Shown: in pieces, positions 39,877-53,806 of the stretch | Numbering within the stretch: position 1 is the first letter of the stretch | Layout: the number at the start of each line of letters is the position of its first letter | NCBI GenBank assembly: GCA_021613535.1 | Contig: CP075496.1 | Location: 7,006,001 to 7,070,000 of the forward strand | Reading direction: 5' to 3' | From: Adineta vaga | Lineage: Eukaryota; Animalia; Rotifera | Length of the DNA: 64,000 nucleotides | Translations under genes and position numbers: made by a program | The notes under the pieces: generated by a model | Told to the model about the DNA's origin: nothing | Databases searched by the model: none | The model's input: only the letters and a program-made list of their open reading frames with translations

Positions 39877-40620
39877 ATGGATTTATTACATGCAGCCGAT
39901 TATGGTCGTTTATCGATTGTTAAACAATTGATTTCTAATGACAAATCTTTAATTCACAGCTGTCGTCACAAAAATGCATTGAATCGAACATTTAATGTTG
40001 ATGGTGCACCTATTCATTACGCTTGTCGATCTGGCCATTATAATGTTGTAAAATATTTGCTAGAACAAGACGTAACACTTGTCAATCAGCTTGATATTGA
40101 AGATTGGACACCTTTACACTATGCTTGTTATAATGGACATTTAAATATAGTAAAATTACTATTAGAATATAATGCTAAAGTCAATGTAATAGATAGTTAT
40201 TTATTTCAAACACCTATACAATTTGCAATGTATAGACAATTTGAAGATATTGTTTATTTCTTAGACTCAAATATACAATGGAAACGCCGAACTACTGAGG
40301 AAATATCAAAAAAAGGTAATATTCCTGTGTTTCGAAACGGATCAACTTTATTCCTTGGAAGATATATTTTGAATAACAATCATATCAAACAAATTGAAGC
40401 ATTTCGAGCTAATCCAGAATCTGATGATATTGAATTAAATCAAGTTCAAGATGTAGAAGTGAATAATCTTCATGTAAGAATACGATTAACACATGATTAC
40501 AAGCAACATATGAACAAAACAAAAGAATTATTATCCATTGAAGATGATGATGATGATCAATTTTTGAGATCATCTACAACGTCAACTAATGAACATGTGA
40601 TGATATTTTATGATAAATAA
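39877..40620 (+). CDS. Ankyrin-repeat protein, single exon
   Basis: PIHYACRSGHYNVVKYLL, TPLHYACYNGHLNIVKLLL and QTPIQFA repeats, followed by an unknown C-terminal domain. Confidence 0.88.
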   Translation: MDLLHAADYGRLSIVKQLISNDKSLIHSCRHKNALNRTFNVDGAPIHYACRSGHYNVVKYLLEQDVTLVNQLDIEDWTPLHYACYNGHLNIVKLLLEYNAKVNVIDSYLFQTPIQFAMYRQFEDIVYFLDSNIQWKRRTTEEISKKGNIPVFRNGSTLFLGRYILNNNHIKQIEAFRANPESDDIELNQVQDVEVNNLHVRIRLTHDYKQHMNKTKELLSIEDDDDDQFLRSSTTSTNEHVMIFYDK

Positions 40621-40930
40621 ACTATCGGTATTCACATGACACGGACCGTTATTCAAGATGATTCATTTTTTTCGGAGACGTCATTAACTATCAAAGATAA
40701 TTGAATAGAAATTGACAAGATCATACATTAAAAATAGATAGCTGACATTAGTCATTTAGTCTTGTTTATGAAAAAAGAGTTTCCATCATACGTGCATTAG
40801 CGTCTAATGTGATATGTATCTAAGATGATAGTTAGATACAGACATTATCTTAATGGAGAAATATGAATGTTAATCCGAAGTTTTATTATTCGAGAGACGT
40901 ATTTGGACAAAAAAAACAAAACTATGTATT

Positions 40931-43900
40931 TCATCGATCTGTTCTGTCTAAATCACTATCCAATCTAGCTTCATTCATATTTAATTCTTCTGATAGTTGT
41001 AAATACAGCACCGATTCATTATCACTTATTGTATACGTTGGTGTTAATGATATTGTTTCATTTTCATCTGTTGTAATGTCTTGTTGAATATCCAAATCAG
41101 TTAATTCTAAAGAACTTGTGTTATTTGCCGATAGTAATGCTATTGAAAGATCAAGTTCAGATTCTGTTGAAGAAAACATTTCTTCAAATTCATCTAGAAT
41201 ATTATTTGAAGTTGTGGAATCAGTACTACTATTTTCCTTTTCTTCATCTTTGTCTTTCGTTGCGACAAGAGATGTTTCTTTGTTTGGAGACATTATTTCA
41301 ACACATGATTTGCTATTCGTACGTGAATTGGATGCACTAAGGAAAAGATTAAAATTAATTTAATTCATTTGAGATTCTATTGATTACATACTGAAGATCA
41401 GCTGTTTGTAAAAATGTTGCTGCTAGACGAACAGCAAATGGAATAAGTGCCATCGTTACATTTGAAGGTACAGCATCGACTTTTTGTTGAAGATTAGCTA
41501 TTGTTTGATTTAACTATAAAACAGAAAGTGAGAGAAAAAGAAAATTACATGAAATAACACATATTTACTCGAATAATTTCTGTTTTTAATTCTCTATTTT
41601 GTAATTGTGCATACCGATATGCTTCAAACCAACTAATTTCTACCGCTAAACGTTTTGTACGTGAATCACCCATATATAGACCTTTTGAAAAAATCTCTTC
41701 TCGATGGCGAGTTCTAAGTTTTAAAACCTAAAATATCAATTCGAAAAACAAATACAATCAGAAAATCTTCGTCTACTTTCGGAACAAAAACAAGACAGAT
41801 GATAAAACTTTTCATAATAATAACTACAAAACATAACACAACATAAGTTCGTATATTTTGTATGGATACCATAATAGTAACAGTAAATACACTAGTTAAT
41901 ACAACTGTATAAATGCTCCATACAATAAATTTTGAATCATTTAATGCAGATATATGAACATGACGTGTTTTTGCGGCAAGATAACCTCCAATAATTAGCA
42001 AAGACGATTTATAGAGGTAAATAAATGGAAGAATTTTTGGACGATATTTTGATGAACAATAATAAATTTGATCCCAAACAATTGTATCTATATTAGAACG
42101 TCGAATCTATAGAAGAAATCATTGTTAGGAACTGAACTTTTAGCTACTAAAAAAACAAAGATAACAATACTTGTCCAAAAGTGAATTCAATCGAATGTGG
42201 ATCAAACAATTGCCAAGCAAAGCCAATCAATATATCAATACTATAGATATACAAACAGATCAAGAGTAGATGATGATCTTGTAAAAGCTATAAAAAGAAG
42301 GAAATTTAAATAAGTTTTCTATTGAAGACGAACTCTTGATTGAAGTAATGGTCGATCATGAGATGTAAAAATGCGATAGACACGTAGAGTTTTTAAAAAC
42401 ATTGAACCAAATGTTAACGAAAATCCACCGGAAAACAGAAAGATTCGTAACTGATAAATTGATATTATATGAATAGAAGAAATTTATGACTAACACTTCT
42501 TACCATACAAATATGTCCAAGAATATTATATTTTAGAAACCATGTATCAAGAACAAACAGAAGAATACCTATTTCAATATGTATGGCACCAATAACCATG
42601 ACATTATTTAATTTCGGACTTGACAATTTGATATAACTAAACAAAGAAGTTGAAATTAAACTCATATATTTATTCAAGTGTCAAAGTGAACAATAATTTA
42701 AATTGTAAATGTTTATTTTCTACGAATATCACTAAAATAAAATTACCGTTCATGCCGATAGATAATATTGAATGTTAAAAAGAAAATAGCCAATAGAAGA
42801 CCCAGAAAACAAGCAGATGCAATCAAGATAATATCCACAATATTTAAAGCTACTCGTCGAATTTCAGTTCGTTCAGTATCGACTGGAATGATACCTGAAT
42901 GAATACAATGTAATTATTTCTTTTGTGTTTTATTAAAAATTCGAATTATTACCAGGCCAAATCAATGATTGACAATTGGAGCAATTGATATTGAATCCAG
43001 ATAGATGTGAATATTCTGCAAACGTTCGAATAGTTTCTCGATTTGATTGAATAAGAAATTGACTAAGAATTGTTTCAGCACGTCGTTGACGATTTCGAAA
43101 AGAAACAGGTCCCTAATTCATAAACTCAAATTATTATCACGACAGATAACTCTACTTTAAAATCTTTATGAGAGACACTCTTTATGTTTTCTATAAAACA
43201 AAATTTTTCATTAGATTTATTCGGAAACAACAGTATGTGACATTCATAACGGAAGGATAAGGGAAAATTACTCTATTAATAGTAAAATCATTCAACGTCA
43301 TGTCAGCTGAATGACATTTTATGAAGTTAATAATCACTCCAAGCATCTTTTCAGTTAAACGTCAAGATCAACTTACAGATACACCAAGAAAATAGATATT
43401 TTCAACCAATCTTAACCACTGATTTGTCATATTTGTTGTCGAATATGTAAACGTTTCAATAGGAATTCTATTTGAAGAAAAGCATATTGTTCTTTATTGA
43501 TATAAAAAAAAGATTTTTGTTGAAAAACAAATTACTTCTCTTGTATTGATGCATGAATTAAAAGAGCAATGACCCAAATGACATCATAAGCATGTAGAGT
43601 TTGTCTATTGAGATGTTCTTCTCGATTAAGTCCTTGCTGTAATTCACTTGCTGTCTGAAAAGAAAAAAAACTAAAATTAGAATAATCTTCTATTAAAGTT
43701 ACTCACTCGTTTTGGATTAATTAAACTTGATCTTCCTTCATAGGAACTGTCGATAATAATATGACCCTGAGCAGCATCAAGAATTTGATTTCGTGTACAG
43801 TTATCCGTCGATAAATCCCATAAATGATGATCATTTTCTGTTAATATCCATACATAACGTTCACGTAATTTCTTGGTGAATGTTCGATAGACTTCACAGA

Positions 43901-44846
43901 AGAATTTCGAACGTAATGATGTATCGAAATGTATAAAAACAATTCGAGCTTTTCTTTCCTAAAGCGATCTATCTTATAAATGATATGTCATATAAAAAAC
44001 AACGAACTCTTACTCGAAGTGTTTGTAGTGTCGATGTAAGATTAGTCGAAGATGCACTTTGTGTCAATATGACAGTGATATTCGATAGATTTAATCGTTT
44101 TGCTAATTGTGCTGTCATCTTAAAGTCAAGAATTGAAATAAAATAGAGAAGAAAATTTTCTTTACAAGTGAATGTTCAATTGAATCTTGATGAATAATTG
44201 CTACATGTGACCAATGATTTGATTTAATGAATGCCACACGAGCATCATTAAAATTTTCATCAGAAACTGATAGTCGAACTAATGTTGAATACGATTCATT
44301 GGCTTGAGAAATAAATTTTGTTGAATGTGAAAACTAAAATATTGATATTGAAATCATTTTGTATGAAATGAATTCGAAAAAAAATCACTTACGAGAATTA
44401 AATTGTAATAATCAGCAACTTCAATAACAGCTTTGGTTTCATTAGAACATGATGTTCCAACGAGAAAAAGTAATTGTTGTCGACGGAAAATTGCATGAAA
44501 GAATCGATCAACAGCATAAACTGGATCACACTATAAAAAGAATGAAAATTTGATCGAAAAGTTGTCTTCTTTCAATCGATTCAATGTATTTATATATCTA
44601 TGTATATACTCGAGAATCATTTGATAATAATTGAAGCGTATAACGTCGTTGAAATAATTCTTCCGATTGTAAATTGATATCCTTTATAGCTAATTCAGCT
44701 GCACGAAGTTCTTCTCGACCATTATGTACTGATGAATATCCTAAATCGAACAAAGCACCAATATGTATTTCGATCGGTTCATTTGCTCGATTAACATGAT
44801 ACGAAATAATAATCAGGATAAGTAATATTAAACGTAAAGAATACAT
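40931..44846 (-). CDS. GABA-B receptor-like class C GPCR (R2/R3-like)
   Basis: Signal peptide, Venus flytrap domain (IHIGALF, NDSRCDP, HAYDVIWVIAL, FLGVSGPVSF), 7TM (IKLSSPKLNN, GFSLTFGSMFLKTLRVYRIF, TRHVHISALNDSK, CLVFVPK), C-terminal coiled coil. About 15 exons. Confidence 0.9.
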
Positions 44847-45713
44847 GCAAAAGCATTATATGTAGTTCGCAATTAGATATAAATTGAGTACATCTAAAGA
44901 TATGAATGTGCTTCAATGAAATAGATTAATTATACATAAGAAGAATTAGTTTAATTATAAAGAAATGCACTTACACATACTTTATCAATGATAATGTAAC
45001 ACAATTTTATTGCGTTTTTTCCTTGTCTCCTTCTGGTCTATCAGCAAGGCGCATACGAAGAACAGTTTTTTTTTCGTCCTCTTGTTTATCACAGAAGAAG
45101 AAGATGAGAATGATGTTCATGCTTTTAAATCTATATAAACAAATCAGAACTATAGTTTGCATTGTCTTTTCCGATGAAAACAAGTGAAGTAGTCGAGTCA
45201 ATTACGAAGAGAGTATATTTTGTTTTTCAATCTCGGTTAATATCAGATTAAAGTTCTCTCATGCAATATATGCATTATCAACAATAATCGACTAACGATC
45301 TTTATTTCGGTTTTTTTTCATTTTATCTATTGAAAGTCTTTGTGTACCGAAGACAATAGAATAATACTTGCAGAAAGATCTAATCTTCACAATTGATGTC
45401 AAATTTATTGTAAAAGTGCTTTTTTTTGGTATAGAATCTGTGAAATCAATTCTTTCAAACTAAAAATAGAATTCTTCGAATAATAATAATAAAATCTCTT
45501 TTTTGCGTGTATAGGTCTTTTTGTTTTGTATTAATCATCATTAAAATTCAATGAATGTATTCCGTCTTTCATACAGATTTCATATGTGAAACAAATGAGT
45601 TTGTGTTATTCATGTATGTTCGTCAAGGTGATGGTAATGAAGAAAAAGAAAAAAAATGAATATCATTTGTAAATTATTTTTGTTGACAACAGTCATATTT
45701 AAGACGAAAAGAA

Positions 45714-48667
45714 ATGTATTTTATTGTCTCATTTGAACCAACTCGTGAACATGCTATTTATCAAAATGAAAACACAGGAAAACAATTTAGAGTAGAAGAT
45801 CTTTTAAGATGGATTTGTAGACGATTTCATTTTGAAAGTAGTACTGGTGAAACAGGCAATCGACGTCTATCATTAGTCTATGATAGTACGGAATTACGAT
45901 CACATTGGTTTCTTGAAGATATTCATATACGATTTGGTTCAACAGTGAGATGTATGGTAAAAGAAGGTATGTAAGTAATGATAATGAAGTTAATCGATGC
46001 ATTTGTTTTCAATCAACGACTAATTCTTTTTATTATGCATTTTAATATAAAACTCAAAGGACTTGTCCGAATGATTTCTGTCTGATTAGATTTGAATTAG
46101 TTCGATCGTTTTGTTAGATTAGTTTGTAGTAATTTTCGAATATAGGAGACGAATGAAGCGTATGCAAAATTTGAAAACTAAAATTAACATGTTGATGAAT
46201 CGAAAAAAAAGAAGTAAATCTCTATAGAATAATATTGGAATTCCATTGTACAATCAAATATGGGCGAACAATAATTAAATTAGCATTCGTTTCTATTCTT
46301 TTTCATCATCTGCATATTTTATGATTAATATAAGGTTTTCTTTATCTTGGAAGAAAAACGAACTAATAATTGATTTAAATGTCTATTATTAATAAATGAT
46401 CCGGAAGATTTTATTAGAACGAAAAAAAAACAACTTTTTTTTCCACTGAATCTTTCAAATATTATAGAAAATTTTCATCAACTAAAGTTCTTTGTAATAT
46501 ATAGATCGTATACCGGATTATCGATTATTTTTACAAATTCGAAATGAAACTTTCGATGTATTTGATGCTAAATTACATCCAACACAAACTACTATACTTC
46601 AATTACGTATTGTTGCTAGCCATAAATCTGGTATACCATTATCAGCTTTTCGTCTTGTTATGGATACAAATACAGAATTATTTGATCATGTTCGATTATC
46701 ACAGTATGATATAGGTAAGTAGATGTAATAATAGTCAAACAATGAATGTATCAATTCAATATCGATAGATTATCGTGCAACATTAACAATACAAACATGG
46801 GTTGGTTGGTCAGATTTTTATACATATGCAATTAAAGGTCGGAATGACAGCAACCGTTTCTTTTTAGTTCATAATCTAGTTTTTTTTATCTCTATTTACA
46901 TAAAGGTTATACAAAAGCTGTTATAAAATTACTAAGTTCAGATGAACTTGTTCGACAATATATGTTACAAGTTGCATTATACATTGCAGCTCATTATGGA
47001 AATGTCGATTTAGTAAATGTTTTCTTTTGTTTTTTTTCTTCTCGGTAATAATCTTGTTTTAGGCTCGAGCTTTGCTTCAATTAGGAGCACGTGCCGATCG
47101 TCCAGTTGGTTATCATCCATCTCGACAATGGTGTTCTGAAGAATGTCTTCATGCCGAATATTTTCGTTGTCCAATACACGAAGCAATTGAATCACAACAA
47201 GTTGGTATTGTTCTTCTGTTTGGTAGTCGTGATGTTGCTATACTTCAAAAACCTGATGGATATGGAATAAAACCATGGCGTTTAGCTCTACGTCAAGAAA
47301 CTAGTTTAAAGCAACGTGAAATTGCTTTATTTATCTTAACGAAACAATTTGGTGGAATCCGTGTTTCGAGTAAAGTAACAATTGCCTATCGACATATTTA
47401 TATATTTAAACAATGGGCTGATCGAGCACGTGAACAAATTTATGCTAAATATGGTGTGCAGTATAGTTCATTAAAACGCAAACCATTAATTAATCATGGA
47501 GAATCGTTATTGGGTTACAAAATATTAGTTGATGGTTATAATAATAATTTTCAAGATTATTATTCAACAGCTGAATATGCAAAAGAAAAAATGCGCACGA
47601 CATGTGTAACATTAGATGAGAGAGAAAAGATTAAATTGAAAAATACGGAAATTTACATGAGAAAGTATGTTAAATTGTAAAAAAATGAGAGTTGATTTTT
47701 ATTGTATTTTGAATTTTTTTACAAGTTTTAATGTCGTGAATTTATTACAAGCGAAAGCTTTAACAAATGCTGCATCAACTCAACAAACAAAAGGTACACA
47801 ATCATCAACTATTGTTTCAGATTCCAATGAAATTAGTCCTGGTAAAAAATTATGGACGAAAGTATGATTAATAATAACTTGTGTGTTTCTATTTCTAACT
47901 TTTGTTTCATTCAGGTAGCAAAACTATATCGTCTAGAAACATTTCTTCTTCGAAATGCAATTGATCTAATTGAAGCAGGACTTATTACAGACGAAGTATC
48001 ACCAACACCAAGTCGACATGTATGTAGATATGAGACTACATCTCTATAGATTGATACATTATTTCAAAATTGTTTTATTTTTCAGGCTCATCGTGCTATG
48101 ACAAGTCGAATATCATCATCAATTTCATCGAGTTCATCAGCAAATATTTATGTACCAATTCGTATCCGTTTATTTGGTGCACAATTTCGTTTAATCAAGG
48201 AAATGATGTATAGACCCGATAGAGATGGTCGAACATTACGTCATTTAAGTGGTGTAGAATGGGCTAAAGTTCGACGTGGACAAAATAATGCTTGGCATAC
48301 AAAACGTGCTAGTACAGCAGTGAAAGCAAAAACAAAACAGAAACGAATGAAATTAAATGAAGAAAACAAAGCGAAAGCTATTCAATTACCTGATATTCAA
48401 CAAGCAGAATCAACATCAGCAAAAATACCTTTACCAAGAGAACGTCAAAAAGTTGATTATCGTTTTATATTACGAGGCAATGACACACTTCATAAAGAAA
48501 TCATGTATGATTGGGAAAAAGCAGCTCGTTGTACATTACCATCTTTAGCTGTACAAAGTTTAACAGAAGCAACGAAATTCACACGAAAATCATGGATGCG
48601 ACAAGTTGATATTGCCCTTCATTTTTCTGGTAATTTCACTCGACGATCATTTAATGCAACTGTCTGA
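45714..48667 (+). CDS. ANKUB1: Ankyrin repeat and ubiquitin domain-containing protein 1
   Basis: Two ubiquitin-like domains (L.YDSTELRSHWFLEDI..FGSTVRC.VKE; SGIPLSAFRL), WVGWSDF, QVALYIAAHYG, GARADRPVGYHPSRQWC, CPIHEAIE, C-terminal EATKF.RKSWMRQV. Confidence 0.88.
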
Positions 48668-48898
48668 GCACATGTATGATAATTTCGAACACAAAAGAAT
48701 TTGAAATTTTTGTAATTTTATTTTTCATAAAACAATTTAAATTAAACAAAATATTATCAATAATAATAAATCACTCGTTTTTATTGTCTTGTTTACTAGA
48801 AATGGATAATCCATAGACAAAATATTACATACATAATATATTTAAAATAAAAATAAGTTATTCTTTTTTTTTGGGACAAAAGAAACCAAACTATCTTA

Positions 48899-50798
48899 TT
48901 ATGGCGATGATGATGATGATGTTGCTGCTACGCCTTCTGCTAAATTAGTATCATTGGCTGTTATAGGTACTGTTGATGGTACTATTACTGATGGTTGTCT
49001 TCGAATTGCCCAACATTGTGGTTGACGATATGCTGTGCCACCTATTCGAACATTGGTAACTGTGCCAAAACGTAATAATTCTTTATGATATTTAATGAAA
49101 TTATTTAATTTTCGTGTATCACCGAATGGTAATTGAAGACGCGTTAAATGTTCTCGTATGTCAGTTGTTGCCATACCAGCTTGTAAACATTTGAATATTT
49201 CATCTTTCGTGGTGTCAGTTATACTTACAGGTAGACGAGCTTTGGGAATATGTTGATGTTCTCCACAAGAATAAATTGATATACTTCCTTCAGGATGGAA
49301 TAAAGCATACATTGCTGCTGGGCATGGATGATAATGACGACGCATGGAAAAATTACATACATAGTAAACTTTATAACCTCGCGAATTAGCAGATGTTCGT
49401 CGCCATGTCCAACGCGAACCGGATTCAGCTGCTGAACTTTCAATAAAAGCATTTAAGGATTGTTGATCAGCTAATTTAACTAAGAAATCATATTGACGAC
49501 GACTTAAGCGAGTATTTTTCGATTCATTTATTGACGAAGTTTCATCATCATTTGTTGGAGGTGAAAGAGACTGGTCACCATCTGTGAAAATTACAAAGAA
49601 AAAGCTTGCTTTCATCAAAATAATAAGGAGTAGTTACCTAAGGATTGTTCATAATTCGTAGTTGAACGTATTTGTTCACTATCTGTACTATTACGGCGAC
49701 CTGTGTCTATATGTTGTTGTTGATGAGATGATGATGATGAGGATGGAGATGGTGTTTCAATTATTAATTGAGTATAAGGAGACTAAAATTAAGAAAGAGT
49801 TTGTTATTTTGTTTGCATTCTTATCACTAAATACATACAGCAACTCGATTGTTACTTATTGATTGATGTACAAAAGTTGGATAATATTCAAGTCCATCTG
49901 GTAATGTTGATCCAGATTTTTGTGTGGATACGATGGACGAAGTACGATGGGAAAGTTGAGATTTCTTTGGTATATGTGAATTGGATGTTTGTTTTTTCGA
50001 AACTGATGGTGTTTTCTTTTGAGTCTGGAATAAAAATTCCTAATTGAACTATTTATAAAAATTGAACTTACAAATGATTTTCCATTGGTAATAGCATGAT
50101 GGTTATCAAATGTTTGATGAGGTATTTTCAATGAAAGTATTGGTGGCTGTATGCGCTGTTGTTTATTTGATAGATCATATGGGACATTTGCATTAACAGA
50201 ATTTGATATCGTAATTGGTACGTGTTCTACGGATGATGTCATGATTGCTGGTACATCTTCAGTATCAAGTTCTTCCTTAACAGAGATAATCATTTTGATA
50301 TCTGTTGCTGTTGTCGGAAGAGGACAAGATGACAAACTGTCATTGATTCGAGAGAGAGTCACACGCGAATGACGTGTACGATTCAAACGTTTAGTTTTAT
50401 ACCAACTATGACGAATTTTCTGTGTCAACTGTTCAGCATCTTTATGGATTGAATGAATTCGTTGTAGTTTCTGACAGCATGTTAAACAAATCATGTGTAA
50501 CTTATCCAATTCATCAGATGTATTTAAATATCGTTGAAAACTTTGTCCGTAAGTTAAATCTTTATCTAAATTATCATGAGCTGATTTACCACTTAATAAA
50601 TATCGGTGATTTGATGAAGCTTTCAATAAAGCATCACATAATGAACAACGTACACGTGGTTTATTGACATTATTCGATGACGAACTATTCGTCGACAATG
50701 GTCGAACAGATTTTGGGTATACTAAAAATCAATGAGTAGAAATCAGACAATCATGTCTTTAAACTCAATTGAAATTACTTACATTGTTTTGATTTCAT
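48899..50798 (-). CDS. Protein with ZAD-like C4 domain and WRKY/GCM1/FLYWCH-type (Mutator-like) C2H2 DNA-binding domain
   Basis: Start MKSKQ (exon 50798-50783). CSLC...ICLTCCQKL plus helix; last exon W..RR...YYVC-x10-C-x21-HQH followed by a helical HTH-like segment. Confidence 0.75.
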
Positions 50799-53596
50799 TT
50801 GAAAGAATAGATTTTCGTTTTTAAATAGAATGACTAAATTGAAATCTGAAGAATATGAATAATAGAAGAAACTATCCCGTCCAATATATTAAACTTAAAC
50901 ATGACGCTTTTAAAAGAAAAAGATAGGAAGAGTATTGCACTTATCTTTTGTTTTACGAAGGACGAAAATGACACACGAAAGAAATATTTTTTTCAAATGA
51001 TTCTGTAATGTATTATTTTATTTGCTGTTGTCGTTGTGGGAACAATCTTCTCCCTTCCTGTTCTTTTTGTCCTCAGCTGTAAAGTAAGCATAGGTGACCA
51101 TTTTCAGTATAAAATTCTTTTCGTTATTTTCTTTTCGCTACTTGCATCTGACGTCAGTACAGCAAAAGAAAACGAAGCAAATTTTACTTTGAATGCATCC
51201 AAAAAATTGTTAATCCCACCTAACAACACATTGTTTTAACGTTGGGAGAAAAAAGCATTGAATAGTTTTGAAGTACCTTTAGCTATAGAAATTTTGCCGA
51301 AAAATGTGAAGAGAAAAGAGAATAAAAGCGAAAAAGACGAGGATATATATGGTACTTATTTTTACTTTAGTGTAGTGCATATTGACTTAGTGGGATATTT
51401 TTGCTTGTCACATTTTTCGTTTTCGTTTTTTTTGTGCTAGTGAAAACGCACCATTTTTTTTTCTTCCTATAGAAATGAAAAGAAAAAGAATGAATTATCA
51501 AGAAGTAAGTGAGATTTATTTGTCAGGGAATTGCAACGTCATAGAGTTGAATCATATTCAAAGTAAATAGTCATATATTTACGCTGCCTACATCAGTTCT
51601 TCTCTTTTACCAACTTGCTATTTCTCTTCCTTTCAACAAAAAAAAAACATTCGATTGAATCATAGAAAACAAAAAGAAGACTTTAGAATCCGTTTCGATG
51701 GAAATTGTTTTATAATGAATATTGATATACTGATCGAAACGAAAATATTTTGGATATGAAGTGTCAAGAGGAAGAACATTTCGAAAGTCGAGAAGAAAAA
51801 TAAAACATTAATCTCAGAAATATCTATAATCAACAGAAAATTCGTAAACAATTTCGTTTTATATCTTACGTAGTTCCTCTTATTATTTTCCAATGAGAGA
51901 ATTTCCAATCTTATTTCAGAAGTTGAATATTTATATATTTTAATGGAACTGTCAAATGTAAGTTTTTCAACGAATTAACTTTATGTTATTTAGAAATCTT
52001 TTTATCTGATGTTAATAGATAATTGATATTGAATATAACACTAATGTTGCACAAAAAAGGTGTGTTAGTGCAAAAATCATGATATAGACTGAATGAATAT
52101 CGATCTTGATCTGAACTGTTTCAAAATCATATCATGTAAGAGGTTAACAGGTCTTCAACAACATCATGTTGATATTCATTAGGGTATAGCATGAAACATT
52201 TCTTTTTGATATTCTAACGAAAATAAATAGGTAGTATCGCATGTAACACTTCGTGAATGCATGATAATCGTATGTTAATAAATATGGACATGAAATTCTA
52301 TCGAAATTGTTATTCTTCAATCATCAGAAGTATTCTAAATATGACATTTTGAGGAGAACAAATGATGTTTCGTAATCGACAAAAAGAAACGAAAAGAGTA
52401 CTGGATAATACTAATTCCTAAGCAATCTACTATGATAAAATGATACGAAATTTACGTTCTTCAGTTTCCTGAGAAACGATTATTTGCATAATAACTCATA
52501 TCGGAATGATGAAACTAAATATATGAATCACAAGTACAAAAAATAAAATATTTGCATTTAATGATAAAATTCAGCAGATTTCTACTTTTTACTTGCTCGA
52601 TTCTTTTGCATCTTATTTTCATGTAATTTCTAATCAAATAGGAAAATGTTTTTAAGAGAAAAGTTTTTAATACTTTATCTCCACGTGTCAGAGTTGTTTG
52701 TTTCATTAGTCCATTCATTGTTTCACTACGTAATGAAAGAATATCATTTTAATCAATCGTAGAATTTCTGATCGAGTATCAGTATACCATTTCGATCAAA
52801 ATCATACAATTGAAATACATAACAAAGTTTTTCATGTAAACTTTCATTCTCAAATAAGTCTATTGTCATAAGAAATTCTACAAAATCTATTTTACCTAAA
52901 AAAAAGTATCCAATGAACAATTAATAGTATGAGGAAAACGATATTTGAGATCTTCATGACTGATTTATCACGATCAAAAATACGAAAAATACATTTGGCA
53001 AAGTTTGTTTATAAAATTGAACAGATTCTTTTTGTGTCAATAAACCATTAGAACAATTATGATGAAAAGTATCAAACCAATAAGAAATCTCTTTATTATT
53101 CATTCGACTTATTTACTTTAACCTATGTTTTAATTTCTCATTTAATATTAGACGAGATCGAGCATTGATTATTTGTTGCTTTCGAAAACGATTCCATAAC
53201 ATTTTGTCTGCACGATAACTAGAAATGCACTATTAATTCGTCAATTTTCGAGAAAATCACGTATAAAACTGGTTGACCTCTGTGTAAATACATGCATTTA
53301 TCAAGGAAATGAATTAACTTGATTAAATTAATGATGAGAAGACTAACACTGCATGACAATCTCAAGTATTTATTTGAGAGAAAGAGTGAGAGTGAGAGAA
53401 AGGAACAGTCGTAGCATAATCTATAGGAAAAAAGTCGAAGAGAAATAGAGAAGAGGAGAAAAAAAGTAGCTTGATCTTCTTCTTTTCTCATTCCTGTTTC
53501 CGTTCATGAGAAATTAGTTTGAACAGCATCAAGAGTAAATACACACGCACGCACATACATACTATTTTACGAGATACAAGAAGAAAAACAACGTCG

Positions 53597-53806
53597 ATGT
53601 CAACCAACCCATCTTTAGTACAAAAACTTGATTTTGCACCATTACATCGTACAGTTGAATTAGAAAATATTCATGCACAAGTTATACAAAATGATTTGCA
53701 ACAACCACAGCAACAACAACAAAGAGTACCATCACCATCAGCACGAAAAGTACTTGTAAGACATATAACTGTTATTGGTGATGGAAGCGATGTGGATCAC
53801 AATTAA
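53597..53806 (+). CDS. Small uncharacterised protein (69 aa)
   Basis: MSTNPSLVQKLDFAPLHRTVELE...RKVLVRHITVIGDGSDVDHN. Coding-like codon usage within an otherwise AT-rich intergenic region. Confidence 0.55.
   Translation: MSTNPSLVQKLDFAPLHRTVELENIHAQVIQNDLQQPQQQQQRVPSPSARKVLVRHITVIGDGSDVDHN

Noticed and set aside
51500-53200. Possible degraded transposon sequence (also 4700-5550 and 6000-7100)
   Set aside because: No convincing terminal repeats, TSDs or transposase remnants found by eye.
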